A stretch of 64,000 nucleotides of DNA. It comes from an uncultured Candidatus Saccharibacteria bacterium. Its GTDB lineage: Bacteria > Patescibacteriota > Minisyncoccia > Phycocordibacterales > CAIZLB01. Positions within the stretch are counted from its first letter, which is position 1, and each line of letters opens with the position of its first letter. The translations under genes were made by a program, and so were the position numbers. The DNA lies in assembly GCA_964450605.1 (NCBI GenBank), contig CAYVEK010000001.1, positions 224,597 to 288,596 on the forward strand, given 5' to 3'. The notes beneath the pieces were generated by a model. It saw nothing but the letters and a program-made list of their open reading frames with translations, searched no databases and was not told where the DNA came from. This document shows, in pieces, positions 38,684 to 47,656 of this stretch.

Positions 38684-39238
38684 TTAGAATTTAACTTCAG
38701 GAGCTTTTTCTGATCCAGGAGCTGCTTCAAAGTATGGAGCAACATCGAAACCAAATAGTCCTGCTAAGATAGAGCCTGGGATTCGTTGTACTCGAAGGTT
38801 ATATCCTTTGATCTGGTCATTATACTTTTGTCGCTCAACAGAAACTCTATTTTCTGTTCCTTCAAGTTGAGTCATGAGATCACGTACTGTGTCACTAGAT
38901 TTTAATTGAGGATAATTTTCCATCACAACAAGAAGTCTAGATAGAGCCGACTCCACACCACTCGCAGCTGCAACTTTATCAGCTTGTGTAGATGCTCCTG
39001 CATATCGAGTTCGAGCTTCAGCAAGCGCCCCGAACACTTCTTTTTCCTGCTTCATGGCACCTTGGACAGAACTTACTAGATTTGGAATAAGATCAACTCG
39101 TCTCTGATACTGGTTTTCAACTTGAGACCACTGTGAAGTGTAAGATTCTCGAGCTGTTACAAGTCCGTTGTAAGATACCAGCATCCATAGTCCTATAATA
39201 ACTATCACTGCAATAATAATTGTTGTTGTTTTTTTCAT
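38684..39238 (-). CDS. LemA family protein
   Basis: N-terminal TM segment plus the LemA pattern (YNGLV..RE...QWSQVENQYQRR.DLIPNLV). Confidence 0.75.
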   Translation of the reverse strand: MKKTTTIIIAVIVIIGLWMLVSYNGLVTARESYTSQWSQVENQYQRRVDLIPNLVSSVQGAMKQEKEVFGALAEARTRYAGASTQADKVAAASGVESALSRLLVVMENYPQLKSSDTVRDLMTQLEGTENRVSVERQKYNDQIKGYNLRVQRIPGSILAGLFGFDVAPYFEAAPGSEKAPEVKF

Positions 39239-39258
39239 ATGGTTTGTATTATAACATG

Positions 39259-40260
39259 CTATGCAAAATAATCGATCTTCATCAACTGTTTCATCTCTTT
39301 CATGCGGGCCTCGGCGATCTTTCGCACAGCCTCAGTACTTTTAGCTATCTCTTTCATAATTTTAGGAAGATTTTTCTCAAGTTCTTCTCGTCGTGTTCGT
39401 ATTGGTCCGATAAGTTGTGTAAGCACTTCAATCAATCGCTTTTTCAAAACCACATCTCCCAATCCACCTGCTCGGTATTGTTTTTTTAGTTCTTCTACTT
39501 CTTCTTTTCTGTCATCAAATATATCAAGATATTCAAACACAACATTGCCTTCTACTTTTCCTGGATCTTGTACATGTATATGATCAGGATCAGTATACAT
39601 ACTCATAACTTTTTTAGTTATCTCTTCATCACTATCACTTAGAAAGATTGCATTGTTTAAAGATTTACTTGCTTTAGCTCCCCCATCTATACCAACAAGA
39701 CGTGGAGTATCAGATATAACCGCTTTTACTTCAGGAAAAAAATCTCCATAGATAGAGTTAAACTTTCGTCCGAGTTCATTTGTTTGTTCTATAACCGGCA
39801 ACTGATCTTCTCCTACAGGAATAGTATTTGCCCCTGCAAATAATATATCCGCAGCCTGACTTACTGGATAGGCCAGAAAACCAGCGGGCACATCTTCACC
39901 ATATCCTTTCTGTTGCATTTCTGATTTAACAGTTGGATTTCGTTTAAGTCGTGCAAGTGTTACGAGATTTAAAAAGAATACAGTTATCTCCGCTATCTCA
40001 GGTATCTGTGACTGAATAAAGAAATGCGTTTTTTTAGGATCAACACCACAAGCCAAGTTATCAAGTATAACCTCTTTTACATTTGAAGTAACTTTTTCAG
40101 GATTCTGTGCATTGTCGGTCAAAGCTTGCACATCAGCAATCATATAGAAAGCTTCGTCAGCATCTTCTTGAAGAGCGATACGATTTTTAATAGAACCAAC
40201 ATAATGACCAAGATGTAGTCTTCCTGTTGGTCTATCGCCAGTTAATACTATTTTTTTCAT
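39259..40260 (-). CDS. trpS: tryptophanyl-tRNA synthetase
   Basis: TGDRPTGRLHLGHYVGS (class I HIGH region) and a KMSKS-equivalent KASKS. 333 aa as typical for TrpRS. Confidence 0.85.
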   Translation of the reverse strand: MKKIVLTGDRPTGRLHLGHYVGSIKNRIALQEDADEAFYMIADVQALTDNAQNPEKVTSNVKEVILDNLACGVDPKKTHFFIQSQIPEIAEITVFFLNLVTLARLKRNPTVKSEMQQKGYGEDVPAGFLAYPVSQAADILFAGANTIPVGEDQLPVIEQTNELGRKFNSIYGDFFPEVKAVISDTPRLVGIDGGAKASKSLNNAIFLSDSDEEITKKVMSMYTDPDHIHVQDPGKVEGNVVFEYLDIFDDRKEEVEELKKQYRAGGLGDVVLKKRLIEVLTQLIGPIRTRREELEKNLPKIMKEIAKSTEAVRKIAEARMKEMKQLMKIDYFA

Positions 40261-40277
40261 AACGTGTAGTACGTGTA

Positions 40278-41753
40278 TTATTTTTTAGGTTTTAATAATG
40301 GAAACAGAATCACATCTCGAAGGTTTGGCTGTCCTGTAAGGAGAGCTATAACTCGTTCTATACCCATACCCCAGCCTGACATCGGTGGCATACCGTGTTC
40401 CATAGCTTCAACAAATTCATCATCTTTTTCCATAGCTTCTTCATCACCCCCTTCTCGGTATTCTGCTTGTTTTTTAAATCGTTCTGCCTGATCAACTGGA
40501 TCAACAAGCTCACTGTATGCGTTTACTATCTCCCAACCATTAAGCACAAGCTGAAAACGATCTGTTACAGCAGGGTTGTCATCATTTTTACGAGCAAGCG
40601 GAGAAATGTCGATAGGGTGATGTGTTAAAAATGTAGGCCGAACAAGTTTTGGTCGAGAAACTTTTTTGTATAATGAGTCGATCATATTTCCACGACCAAG
40701 CGTGTCGATATCATCTATCTGAACACCTAGTTTTTGAATAGCAGACTTAAGCTCTTCAGTTGTAGGATACGCGTCGATATCAAGTCCTGAATCAGCCAGG
40801 ATAAGTTCCTTAAATGTTTTTCGATCCCATGGAGGAGTTAGATCAACTGATATCATTTCACCATCACGGTTTGGAATGGTGATATTCATTGTTCCCTTAA
40901 GTTTACTGATAATCTCAACAAACATCTCCTCGGTAAACTTCATATTGTCCTCAAAATCCCAGTATGATGCATAGTGCTCAACCATAGTAAACTCTTGAAG
41001 ATGACTTGCATCCATTCCTTCATTTCTAAATACTCGCGCAACCTCAAACACACGGTCAAAACCACCGGTGATAGCTTCTTTTAGATAGATCTCCGGCGCG
41101 ATACGCATATATACATCGAGATCAAGCGCGTTGTAATGAGTCTTGAACGGTTTTGCAAGAGCACCTGAGGCAGAAACTTGAAGAACAGGGGTATCTACTT
41201 CCACAAAGTTATGTTTTGCATAAAAATTACGAAGCTCTCGTATAAAATCAGATCGAAACTTGAAACGAGCCATAGTTTCTTCATTACTTATAAGATCGAG
41301 ATATCGTTTTCGATACGCAGTTTCTTGATCTGTAAGTCCATGCCATTTTTCAGGAAGTGGACGAATGGCTTTACTCAAAAAAGTACACTCTTTTACAAGT
41401 ACAGATATCTCACCTTTTTGAGTCGTAAACATCTCACCTGTCACTCCGATAAAGTCTGCTAGTTGTATAACGTCAAGTGCCTTGTCAAATGCCTCCTGCC
41501 CCATAACATCAACTTTAAAAACAACCTGTAATTTGCCTGTAAAATCCTGCAACTGGGCAAAAGCCAGCTTGCCCATATTTCGCAAAAGGACGATACGCCC
41601 TGCCACAGTCACTGTAGAGTCCATAGGAGAGTTTTTAGCCTCATTGAGCATGTGAGTACGTTTGAACTTACCAGCATATGGTTGGAGCCCTTGAGCCCTC
41701 ATATTTTCTAAAGCTTTGATACGATCAAGTCGCTCGTCTATGGATTCTGTCAT
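40278..41753 (-). CDS. lysS: lysyl-tRNA synthetase (class II)
   Basis: N-terminal OB anticodon-binding domain and class II motifs (FRNEGMDASHLQEFTMVE, GMPPMSGWGMGIERV). Confidence 0.85.
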   Translation of the reverse strand: MTESIDERLDRIKALENMRAQGLQPYAGKFKRTHMLNEAKNSPMDSTVTVAGRIVLLRNMGKLAFAQLQDFTGKLQVVFKVDVMGQEAFDKALDVIQLADFIGVTGEMFTTQKGEISVLVKECTFLSKAIRPLPEKWHGLTDQETAYRKRYLDLISNEETMARFKFRSDFIRELRNFYAKHNFVEVDTPVLQVSASGALAKPFKTHYNALDLDVYMRIAPEIYLKEAITGGFDRVFEVARVFRNEGMDASHLQEFTMVEHYASYWDFEDNMKFTEEMFVEIISKLKGTMNITIPNRDGEMISVDLTPPWDRKTFKELILADSGLDIDAYPTTEELKSAIQKLGVQIDDIDTLGRGNMIDSLYKKVSRPKLVRPTFLTHHPIDISPLARKNDDNPAVTDRFQLVLNGWEIVNAYSELVDPVDQAERFKKQAEYREGGDEEAMEKDDEFVEAMEHGMPPMSGWGMGIERVIALLTGQPNLRDVILFPLLKPKK

Positions 41754-41817
41754 AATGGTGGTTATTGTAGCATGTTTTTTGGGGTTTTTAAATGGAAAAA
41801 TTTTACTATTATTGTTA

Positions 41818-41834
41818 TGCTATAATAGCGATAT
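41818..41834 (+). promoter_or_regulatory. extended -10 promoter (TGCTATAAT) placing the start site within a few nt of ATG 41835 (leaderless or near-leaderless)
   Basis: TGn-TATAAT at 41818..41826, only 8 nt from the ATG, with no room for a Shine-Dalgarno sequence. Confidence 0.35.
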
Positions 41835-42431
41835 ATGCTTGATAAAACCCTTGTATTCCTCAAATTACTTAGAGATTTTGAAAAAGTTGAAAGAATATTA
41901 TTTCGTCGAGATGGCGACAGGGCTGAAAATGATGTCGAACACTCTTATCAAGTTGCAATGATGAGCTGGTTTCTGTCAGAACAATTTAAATTACCATTAT
42001 CTCAAGAAAAACTTTTGAAGTACGGATTAGTACATGATTTAGTTGAAGTATATGCTGGGGACACGCCTGTTTTTTTAAAAAATCACATAGGAACAAATAC
42101 ACATTTTACTAAAAAAGAACGTGAGGCTCGAGCACTTATACATCTTAAAAAAGAATTTTCACATTTTGATGACTTCATAGAAACAATCGAATCCTATGAA
42201 TCAAAAAAAGATGATGAGTCTGTATTCATATATGAATTGGATAAAATCCTACCACCTCTCAATGCTTATTTAGATAATGGTCATGGTTGGAATAAATTTA
42301 ACATAACCCTAGAAGAAATAAGTACAGAGAAACGTAATAAAGTAAAAAATAGCAAAGAACTAATCCAACTACTTGAGGAAATGCTAGGTAGATTTGAAAA
42401 TGAAAAAGATAGATTGTTTACATCAAAATAA
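41835..42431 (+). CDS. HD-domain 5'-deoxynucleotidase (YfbR-like)
   Basis: ENDVEHSYQVAMMSW...GLVHDLVEVYAGDTP parallels the YfbR AEHS...HDASEVLTGD metal-binding pattern. Confidence 0.6.
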   Translation: MLDKTLVFLKLLRDFEKVERILFRRDGDRAENDVEHSYQVAMMSWFLSEQFKLPLSQEKLLKYGLVHDLVEVYAGDTPVFLKNHIGTNTHFTKKEREARALIHLKKEFSHFDDFIETIESYESKKDDESVFIYELDKILPPLNAYLDNGHGWNKFNITLEEISTEKRNKVKNSKELIQLLEEMLGRFENEKDRLFTSK

Positions 42432-42436
42432 TTAAT

Positions 42437-42991
42437 CTAAAATTTAATTTTTCCAGAATCGATATCTTCACGTATTGCCTTAAGACAGTCTTCAAAATCT
42501 CCTTGAATAAGTCTACCTTCACTATCAGTCATACCGCACTGCATCATTAGATTTATGGATGTGTGATAATCATCTATGACAGCATATCCATCGATATCTA
42601 TATATAATTTATGCTTCTCGTCAAATTTTGTTGGGTAATTTTCAATGGTCTTGTTTTTAAGCTTATCCATATTTGAAACATATCCGTACAAGACTTTGCC
42701 CAAAGCTTTACCATAACCTAACTCATACGCAGTTCCATCATCCATAACACATTTACTACGAAAAGTATTACAATTTGCAATAATAATGTCAGCTTGTTCA
42801 ATTTGAATTATATTGGATCTGTAGATTTTTGTTGCAGTATCATAATCTTTATCTCCAAAATCTATCGTATTATCCATCGGATGCAGTGCTGTAAAATTAT
42901 ATTTTTCACACAGCTGTTTTTGAAATTGAGCATGTTCAATTGCGTTTGGTAAAAAAACTTCTGGACCAGCTAAATAAAGTTTAGGTTTCAT
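42437..42991 (-). CDS. nucleoside 2-deoxyribosyltransferase family protein
   Basis: KLYLAGPEVF N-terminus and DDGTAYELGYG (the catalytic Glu context of the NDT/PF05014 fold). Confidence 0.6.
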   Translation of the reverse strand: MKPKLYLAGPEVFLPNAIEHAQFQKQLCEKYNFTALHPMDNTIDFGDKDYDTATKIYRSNIIQIEQADIIIANCNTFRSKCVMDDGTAYELGYGKALGKVLYGYVSNMDKLKNKTIENYPTKFDEKHKLYIDIDGYAVIDDYHTSINLMMQCGMTDSEGRLIQGDFEDCLKAIREDIDSGKIKF

Positions 42992-43021
42992 TGTTAGTAC
43001 AATATAATATTTATTAACGCT

Positions 43022-44632
43022 CTAAAACCTCTTCTCCTTCAACTCCACAACAAACGTAGACCCCTTTCCTTCACCTTCTGATTCGGCCCAGATTTTACCC
43101 TCAAAAGCCTCAACCATCATCTTGGCAACATAGAGACCGAGTCCTGTTCCGAGTATATTTGTCTCTGAAGCATTTTCCGCTCGAGAAAACTTGGCAAACA
43201 GTTTAGGCATAGTAAGTGGTGCAATGCCTACTCCTGTATCTTTTATTTCCAAACGAATCTTTTTATCTGTAGTTTCAAACAAATGAATATGAATAGATCC
43301 TTTAGGGGTGTACTTCACAGCGTTATCAATCAAGTTTAATATAACCTGTTTTAGTTTTGGACCATCAGCTTTTATATGCCACCATGCATTTGCCTGTTCA
43401 TCAGCTGATATCTTTGGAAGATTAACTTTACACACAAGTTTTGCGCGCTCTATAGACGGAGTGAGCTCTTTTACACAAGTTTCAATAAGTGCGCGTATAT
43501 CAACATCTGTAAACTCATACTTCATACGACCCTGCTCAATACGAGTCACATCGAGGTAGTCATTTACCACACGTACAAGCGTATTACATGAATCCATCAT
43601 AATATGAGCAGCCTCTTCTGCAGGTTTGGGCAGTTTACCAAAATCACCATCAAGCAACATGGCGCTATATCCTTTGATAGATGTGAGTGGTCCACGAATT
43701 TGATGAGATGCGAGTGATACGAATTCTGTTTTCTCAGCTGAGATTCGGGCGAGTTCGGAGTTTTTCTTCGTAAGCTCGATTTCTTTTTCCGCAAGTTCGT
43801 CTTTGGTTTTTATTTCTTTTTTAACACTTCGAATAAACAAAATACTGAATATAGAAACAATTGCCAAAATCAAAGAACGAAATAGCAGCAATCTGTTACT
43901 TGTTGCTAATACAACTTCTATAAATGAAACCAAAATAAGACCAGAAGTAAACAACTGTGCAACAACCACCTTTGGACTGAGAAGTTTGTGGCGAACCACT
44001 CCATAGACCATGATAACAACGTATCCGACTACGATATAGTTTCCAAACGGATATATGTTAAACACTTGAGGAAAAAAGTTTGTACTACCAGCAATAAAAC
44101 CAACGAGTCCTGCATAAATAGTATTTTTTAACTGCGAAGAGTAGCTACTTGCAACTTGTGTTTTTTTAAGTGCGACAATAATATGAGCAATACTAATAAT
44201 AACAACAAGTGCAAAAAATATTGGAAATATTATATACAGAGGACCTGGTTCTACCCAATAGAAATCAAATATGCGACCGACCCCTGTTTTAAACCAAGAC
44301 GTTACACTTAAGGCTGTTATAATACCTGTTGCAACATACAACACCCGCAATGTATATGATTTTTTATATCTCAACAAGGCTGCGATAAAAGCAAAATATG
44401 TTGCGGGAATCCATATCGCTGAGACATCGAGAATATATTGCCATATCAAAGCTGTTTTTTCACTAAACGTATTCGTTATCTGAAACAATGAAAAACTCCA
44501 AATCGCAAATGGTATTGAAAAATAGAACCAGGCTCTATTTACCCTATTTGTACGATCTGCCTGATAAGTAATAACACTGAACATCAGTGTTGTTAATGTA
44601 AGAATTAAACTCGAAAGACTAAACGGTGACAT
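43022..44632 (-). CDS. sensor histidine kinase with ~8-TM N-terminal domain
   Basis: Multiple TM helices, a HisKA H-box (SLASHQIRGPLTSIKGY) and HATPase_c N, G1 and G2 boxes (NLIDNAVKYT, DTGVGI, GTGLGL). No response regulator gene lies adjacent. Confidence 0.7.
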   Translation of the reverse strand: MSPFSLSSLILTLTTLMFSVITYQADRTNRVNRAWFYFSIPFAIWSFSLFQITNTFSEKTALIWQYILDVSAIWIPATYFAFIAALLRYKKSYTLRVLYVATGIITALSVTSWFKTGVGRIFDFYWVEPGPLYIIFPIFFALVVIISIAHIIVALKKTQVASSYSSQLKNTIYAGLVGFIAGSTNFFPQVFNIYPFGNYIVVGYVVIMVYGVVRHKLLSPKVVVAQLFTSGLILVSFIEVVLATSNRLLLFRSLILAIVSIFSILFIRSVKKEIKTKDELAEKEIELTKKNSELARISAEKTEFVSLASHQIRGPLTSIKGYSAMLLDGDFGKLPKPAEEAAHIMMDSCNTLVRVVNDYLDVTRIEQGRMKYEFTDVDIRALIETCVKELTPSIERAKLVCKVNLPKISADEQANAWWHIKADGPKLKQVILNLIDNAVKYTPKGSIHIHLFETTDKKIRLEIKDTGVGIAPLTMPKLFAKFSRAENASETNILGTGLGLYVAKMMVEAFEGKIWAESEGEGKGSTFVVELKEKRF

Positions 44633-44640
44633 ACGTGTTT

Positions 44641-45330
44641 TTATTGTATCACAGTTGCCTTTCTTGTCTCATAATGTGGATACACCTTACCAGAAAGAAC
44701 CTCTATTTGTGCCATAACAGCCTCAGTTACTTCAAGTAAAATCTTTTCATCCTTATGCTTACCGTAATGCATTTCAAAATACATAGGCTCACCAACTTCT
44801 ATATCAACAAGTTTTTTGAGCTTTGGAACTTTTTCATGTCTATTCTGAATAGCATGGGCCCCTTTTATACCTACTGGAATAATAGGAACTTTATGCTCCA
44901 ACGCATATCTAGCAACACCAGTAAACGCCTTTAACATTTCCGTCTCTGAAGGAGACCTTGTTCCTTCTGGAAAAATACCTATTAACTGTTTTTTAGATAA
45001 ATGATCTTTTACAGAGGCATGAACACGACTCTTATCTTCAGCATGTCTTTCAACTTTTATCTGACCTGTAAGTCTCATGAGAATATTCCAAAGCGGATGT
45101 TTAAAAAACTTTTCAGCTGATAAAAAATGAATATTTCTTTTTGAAACAGCGACGAGACACAAGAAATCAAAAAAGCTTTGATGATTTGCCGCTATCAAAG
45201 CTCCGTGTTTATGTTTTTTAATATGATGAATATTTTTATGACTTTTCACCCAAACAAGACGGATAATAGGACCGAGCACCATTCGGGTAAAGAAATAACT
45301 GATTTTTATGGGTAGACTGTGGGTTTTCAT
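44641..45330 (-). CDS. 1-acyl-sn-glycerol-3-phosphate acyltransferase family protein (PlsC-like, second copy)
   Basis: HxxxxD (NHQSFFD) and FPEGTRS motifs. Confidence 0.6.
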   Translation of the reverse strand: MKTHSLPIKISYFFTRMVLGPIIRLVWVKSHKNIHHIKKHKHGALIAANHQSFFDFLCLVAVSKRNIHFLSAEKFFKHPLWNILMRLTGQIKVERHAEDKSRVHASVKDHLSKKQLIGIFPEGTRSPSETEMLKAFTGVARYALEHKVPIIPVGIKGAHAIQNRHEKVPKLKKLVDIEVGEPMYFEMHYGKHKDEKILLEVTEAVMAQIEVLSGKVYPHYETRKATVIQ

Positions 45331-45366
45331 AGTTGTATAGATTAAGTCTATATCATTTTAGATTTA

Positions 45367-46032
45367 TTACAAAATCTTCCACCCTTGTTTTATGGCGGTT
45401 TTTTTTAGAGACTTTGTCGGATCAACAACTATTGGATACGTAGTTTTAGACAATATAGGAATATCAGAATGATGATCTGAGTACCCATATGAATTTGTAA
45501 AATCATACCCTGAGAGTTTTTCTATTTTTTCATGACCATAGTTTGGCTTACCATTTAAACCACCTGTATACACACCATCTTTATGATCGAGCTTCGTACA
45601 AGTATATGTTGGGATATTAAAGTATAAAGCAGCATTTTTTGCCATAGGCTCAAACGCTGCAGTTATAAGAACAATAATGTCTGCTTTTGATTGATGGTTT
45701 CTTAGTGCATAAACAGCTTTTTGATTTTCTATTTTAGGAAATGTTTCCTCTACAAATTTTTTGGTAAAAATATCTATTTCTTGTACAGAATGACCTTTAA
45801 ATGACTGAGCTGCGAATGTATAGATTTTATCTAAAATCTTTTTGGGAACAAGGTGAAGTTTATAGAAAACAAAAAATACATACAAAACCCAATAACGAAC
45901 ACTAGATAATAAACCTGCTTGTTTTAATTCTGCAAGTAATAAAGACTGGCTTTGTTTAGTGATCAGTGTTTTATCCAAATCGAAAAAGACGTTTGACATG
46001 TTTATATATATTATCACAACCCAACCCGACAC
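45367..46032 (-). CDS. HAD-IB family phosphatase/hydrolase
   Basis: N-terminal DxDxT (FFDLDKTL) and the overall HAD subfamily IB layout. Confidence 0.55.
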   Translation of the reverse strand: MSGWVVIIYINMSNVFFDLDKTLITKQSQSLLLAELKQAGLLSSVRYWVLYVFFVFYKLHLVPKKILDKIYTFAAQSFKGHSVQEIDIFTKKFVEETFPKIENQKAVYALRNHQSKADIIVLITAAFEPMAKNAALYFNIPTYTCTKLDHKDGVYTGGLNGKPNYGHEKIEKLSGYDFTNSYGYSDHHSDIPILSKTTYPIVVDPTKSLKKTAIKQGWKIL

Positions 46033-46466
46033 ACCTCATCAAACTCCCCTTCCGTCACTGGAGTTATAGACAGCCTCGACCCTTTTTCCAACACTCTCAT
46101 CTTTTTCAACTTCTGATTTTTCTTCATATCTTCAAGCGAAACAGGTTTTTTAAACGTCTTCACATATCGAACATCAACACATTCCCATATAGGATTTTCT
46201 TTTGTTGCTCGAGGATCATAATGCTCATCTTTCGGATCTTGAGCTGAAAGATCTGGGTGTGCACGTTTACATACTTTTGCAAGACCGTAGACTCCTGAAG
46301 GTTTTGCATTTGAATGATAAAACAAAACCATGTCACCTATATCCATGCTTTTCATATAGTTTCGTGCTTGAAAATTGCGGACACCACTCCATGATGTTGT
46401 TTTGTCTTTTTTGAGTTGATCTATGGGATAACAATCTCCTTCTGATTTCATGAGCCAGTAGTTCAT
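46014..46466 (-). CDS. EVE domain (PUA-like) protein
   Basis: MNYWLMKSE...SWSGVRNFQARNYMKSMDIGDMVLFYHS, the EVE/THYN1-type signature. The start codon overlaps the upstream stop as ATGA. Confidence 0.65.
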   Translation of the reverse strand: MNYWLMKSEGDCYPIDQLKKDKTTSWSGVRNFQARNYMKSMDIGDMVLFYHSNAKPSGVYGLAKVCKRAHPDLSAQDPKDEHYDPRATKENPIWECVDVRYVKTFKKPVSLEDMKKNQKLKKMRVLEKGSRLSITPVTEGEFDEVCRVGL

Positions 46467-47002
46467 GGGTTGTATTTTAGCATACGGACCAATCTCTGGC
46501 AGAGTAGTAAATTTGCAATATTTGACAGTGACACATCAGGATGTATAATACAAATACAATTGTCGTATATAAATGACGACGCCGTAAAAAAGTCTTTAGG
46601 AGCAGATCCTGAGGGCTTTTTGAGTTTTAATATTGAAATAAGACGATCTTTTAATAAATCAAACAAATCTAGAGAAATTTGTTTCCCCTTTTTTCTATTT
46701 AGACGCTTTGTACTAATAAGTCTTATTTGAGAGAGAATAAAAGTTGAACAATGCTCACTCGAATAATACGTGTATTGTCCTTGTTTAGGTTTGCTACTCA
46801 TTGGAATAACTAATACAGCATTATTGTTAAATTTTTTAAAAATCAAAACAGGTCTTTCGTATAAATTTCCTTTTCCATCTTGCTCTTGGCCTATATTTAT
46901 ACCTAAAGAACACCACCATATCTCTCTTTCTTGAACATGGATGCTCTGTGACTTTTGTTCTATTATATTTTTCTTTTTATTCCAAGTATCAAAATCTTTC
47001 AC
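46463..47002 (-). CDS. MazF/PemK-family endoribonuclease toxin-like protein (start codon unresolved, tentatively GTG at 47002)
   Basis: REIWWCSLG.N.GQEQDGK....RPVLIFK...N..VLVIPMSS and a C-terminal FILSQIRLISTKRL...LDLFDLLKDRLISILKL parallel the MazF/NdoA pattern. The track ORF 46463..47230 has no ATG before the domain and runs across tRNA-Gln, so it is trimmed. Confidence 0.5.
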   Translation of the reverse strand: MKDFDTWNKKKNIIEQKSQSIHVQEREIWWCSLGINIGQEQDGKGNLYERPVLIFKKFNNNAVLVIPMSSKPKQGQYTYYSSEHCSTFILSQIRLISTKRLNRKKGKQISLDLFDLLKDRLISILKLKKPSGSAPKDFFTASSFIYDNCICIIHPDVSLSNIANLLLCQRLVRMLKYNP

Positions 47003-47100
47003 TTCATAAAAGTAGCACTTTGAGGTTAAAGAAAAACCGAAGAATAGATAAGTTTTACCCTTTTGCCTAAAGGTCTTTTTTCTGATATAATAGCGAGTAT

Positions 47101-47171
47101 TGCCAGATCGTCTAACGGTAGGACAGAGGCCTTTGAAGCCTTTAATCTTGGTTCGATTCCAAGTCTGGCAA
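47101..47171 (+). tRNA. tRNA-Gln (anticodon TTG)
   Basis: Hand-folded cloverleaf: acceptor TGCCAGA/TCTGGCA with the U1-A72 pair typical of bacterial tRNA-Gln, D-stem GTCT/GGAC, anticodon stem GAGGC/GCCTT with loop CTTTGAA (UUG), and T-arm CTTGG-TTCGATT-CCAAG. Confidence 0.8.
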
Positions 47172-47232
47172 CAATTTGGAAAAAGTTTCTGTAGACCGAG
47201 ATGGGTCAAAACGTATAATAAACAACACAATC

Positions 47233-47556
47233 ATGACAAAAGCAAAATTAGTAAAACTCAAGTTCAAACCAGGAGCAAAGCAGATTTGGCTCGATTGGTC
47301 GGAAGAATTGAAGCGTCGAAAGGACGAGGTGATAGCCACCCTTAAAAATGAAGGCGTTGTCTCAGAGTCTTGTTTTATCTCTGAAGATGGTGAATACGTC
47401 TACTACTTCATGGAAGCCGAGGATTTTGAGAAGGTTCGAAAAGCTGTAACAGAGAACCCGCATCCTATAGATGCTGATCACAAAAAGGCCCGAGAAAGCA
47501 GTTTGGAGCTTGCAGCAAAACTCGAGTGCCTCTTCCATTTCGATAACAGAGAATAA
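47233..47556 (+). CDS. hypothetical protein (GC-rich islet gene)
   Basis: ~107 aa beginning MTKAKLVKLKF. GC-rich, immediately 3' of tRNA-Gln. The track start at 47176 lies 5 nt from the tRNA end, so the internal Met is preferred. Confidence 0.35.
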   Translation: MTKAKLVKLKFKPGAKQIWLDWSEELKRRKDEVIATLKNEGVVSESCFISEDGEYVYYFMEAEDFEKVRKAVTENPHPIDADHKKARESSLELAAKLECLFHFDNRE

Positions 47557-47656
47557 GATAGACCGAGACGGGTGAGTTTGGTTCAGTATTTTCTGCCAAA
47601 ATATCCTTACGGGGTCTCATTGCAAATAGTTCTAGACCGGAGAACACAACAAGTTT

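Noticed and set aside
46463-47230. 255-aa minus-strand ORF as given in the track
   Set aside because: The N-terminal ~43 codons run straight across the tRNA-Gln gene and there is no ATG before the MazF-like domain. The ORF was retained only as the trimmed 46463..47002 feature with a tentative GTG start.
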